From positions 1 to 24,000 of the forward strand of contig DATHOA010000193.1 in assembly GCA_035485475.1 (NCBI GenBank): a stretch of DNA of 24,000 nt, given 5' to 3'. This DNA is from Steroidobacteraceae bacterium (GTDB lineage Bacteria; Pseudomonadota; Gammaproteobacteria; Steroidobacterales; Steroidobacteraceae). Position 1 is the stretch's first letter; each line of letters starts with the position of its first letter. The notes beneath the pieces are model-generated. The model made no database searches. It was not told where the DNA came from and saw nothing but the letters and a program-made list of their open reading frames with translations. A program made the position numbers and the translations under genes. This document shows, piece by piece, positions 23,375 through 24,000 of the stretch.

Positions 23375-24000
23375 GCGCCTGGCACAGGGCATCGACGCTG
23401 CTTTGGGTTTGATCCCAGGAGACGACCACGCGCGCCTGGGGGCCGGCTGCCGGTCCCCAGTCATAGAAGCCAAATCCCTGGGCGCGCAGCGCGGCCTTGC
23501 CGGCCACGCCCAGATCCAGGAACAGTTCGTTGGCTTCCACCGGATGCAGGAGATAGGGCGCGGCCGCCGCCGCGACCTGCTGGGCGAGACGATTGGCGCG
23601 CCGCGCATTCGTCCGCCATAGCCCGCTGCGCACATAGGCAAGCAACTGCGCGGCGGCATAGCGCGACTTGGATAACAGGTGGCCGGCGCGCTTGCGGCGC
23701 AGCTCAAAATCACGCACCAGTGCCGGATCGAAGAACACCACGGCCTCGGCCGCCAGGGCACCATTCTTGGTCGCGCCGAACGACAGCACATCGACCCCGG
23801 CGCGCCAGGTCACATCCGCAGGGTGGCAATCCAGAAAATCGATTGCATTGGCGAGCCGTGCGCCGTCCATGTGGACGCGCAGGCCATGGCGATGGGCGAC
23901 CTCGCTCAGTGCCGCAATGGCCTGGGGGCGATAGGTGGTTCCCAGTTCCGTGGCCTGGGTCAGCGTCAGCGCCGCGGGCTGCACGGTGTGGACACTGGCC
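23352..24000 (-). CDS. ltaE: Low-specificity L-threonine aldolase (beta-eliminating lyase family), C-terminal part; N-terminus beyond the right edge
   Basis: HMDGARLANA and the PLP-lysine motif SFGATKNG, plus the family-typical C-terminus. The 'M' at 23984 in the track is an internal GTG. I checked that the frame stays open to the window edge (...ASVHTVQPAALTL...). Confidence 0.85.
   Translation of the reverse strand, partial: ASVHTVQPAALTLTQATELGTTYRPQAIAALSEVAHRHGLRVHMDGARLANAIDFLDCHPADVTWRAGVDVLSFGATKNGALAAEAVVFFDPALVRDFELRRKRAGHLLSKSRYAAAQLLAYVRSGLWRTNARRANRLAQQVAAAAAPYLLHPVEANELFLDLGVAGKAALRAQGFGFYDWGPAAGPQARVVVSWDQTQSSVDALCQALTAPAAE

Noticed and set aside
1-24000. Searched for tRNA/rRNA-like segments, CRISPR-like regularly spaced repeats, IS/transposase/integrase genes, long direct or inverted repeats, and toxin-antitoxin-sized gene pairs.
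   Set aside because: I found none. Intergenic spaces are mostly under 50 bp, and every sizeable ORF with protein-like composition is accounted for by the listed genes. This was a visual scan only, so short dispersed repeats could have been missed.

Overview
GC-rich, densely packed bacterial chromosomal segment. Gene content looks gammaproteobacterial, possibly Xanthomonadales/Nevskiales-like; that is inference, not verified. I support 24 protein-coding genes. I found no rRNA, tRNA, CRISPR array, transposase, integrase or long repeat. Positions 1-12291 are one co-directional minus-strand array of 11 genes: cysH-cysG-cysK-like-FNR, then pqiABC, then marR-OMP-emrA-emrB. Many junctions in it are 4-nt start/stop overlaps. 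cysB is divergent from cysH. Next comes a minus-strand trio, xdhC, an unknown 152-aa gene and mocA. A plus-strand thrA-thrB-thrC operon follows, with a membrane-anchored NERD-like gene 9 bp behind thrC. Then come convergent tatD, a plus-strand trio of uncharacterised envelope proteins (TPR-like, DUF4389-like, small secreted), and a partial threonine aldolase at the right edge. Most of this is ordinary core metabolism and envelope housekeeping, and I see no clear defence island, mobile element or new multi-gene machine. The candidates worth a second look are modest. (1) An orphan XdhC/unknown/MocA maturation module with no molybdoenzyme structural genes nearby. (2) The NERD-like membrane protein appended to the thr operon. 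(3) The uncharacterised envelope trio, which contains a sharp AT-rich island with an inverted repeat inside a CDS. (4) A near-consensus sigma70 promoter plus palindrome that forces re-annotation of the marR start. (5) A thioredoxin-reductase-type FNR embedded between the cys and pqi genes. The many long ORFs antisense to real genes are GC-content artefacts.
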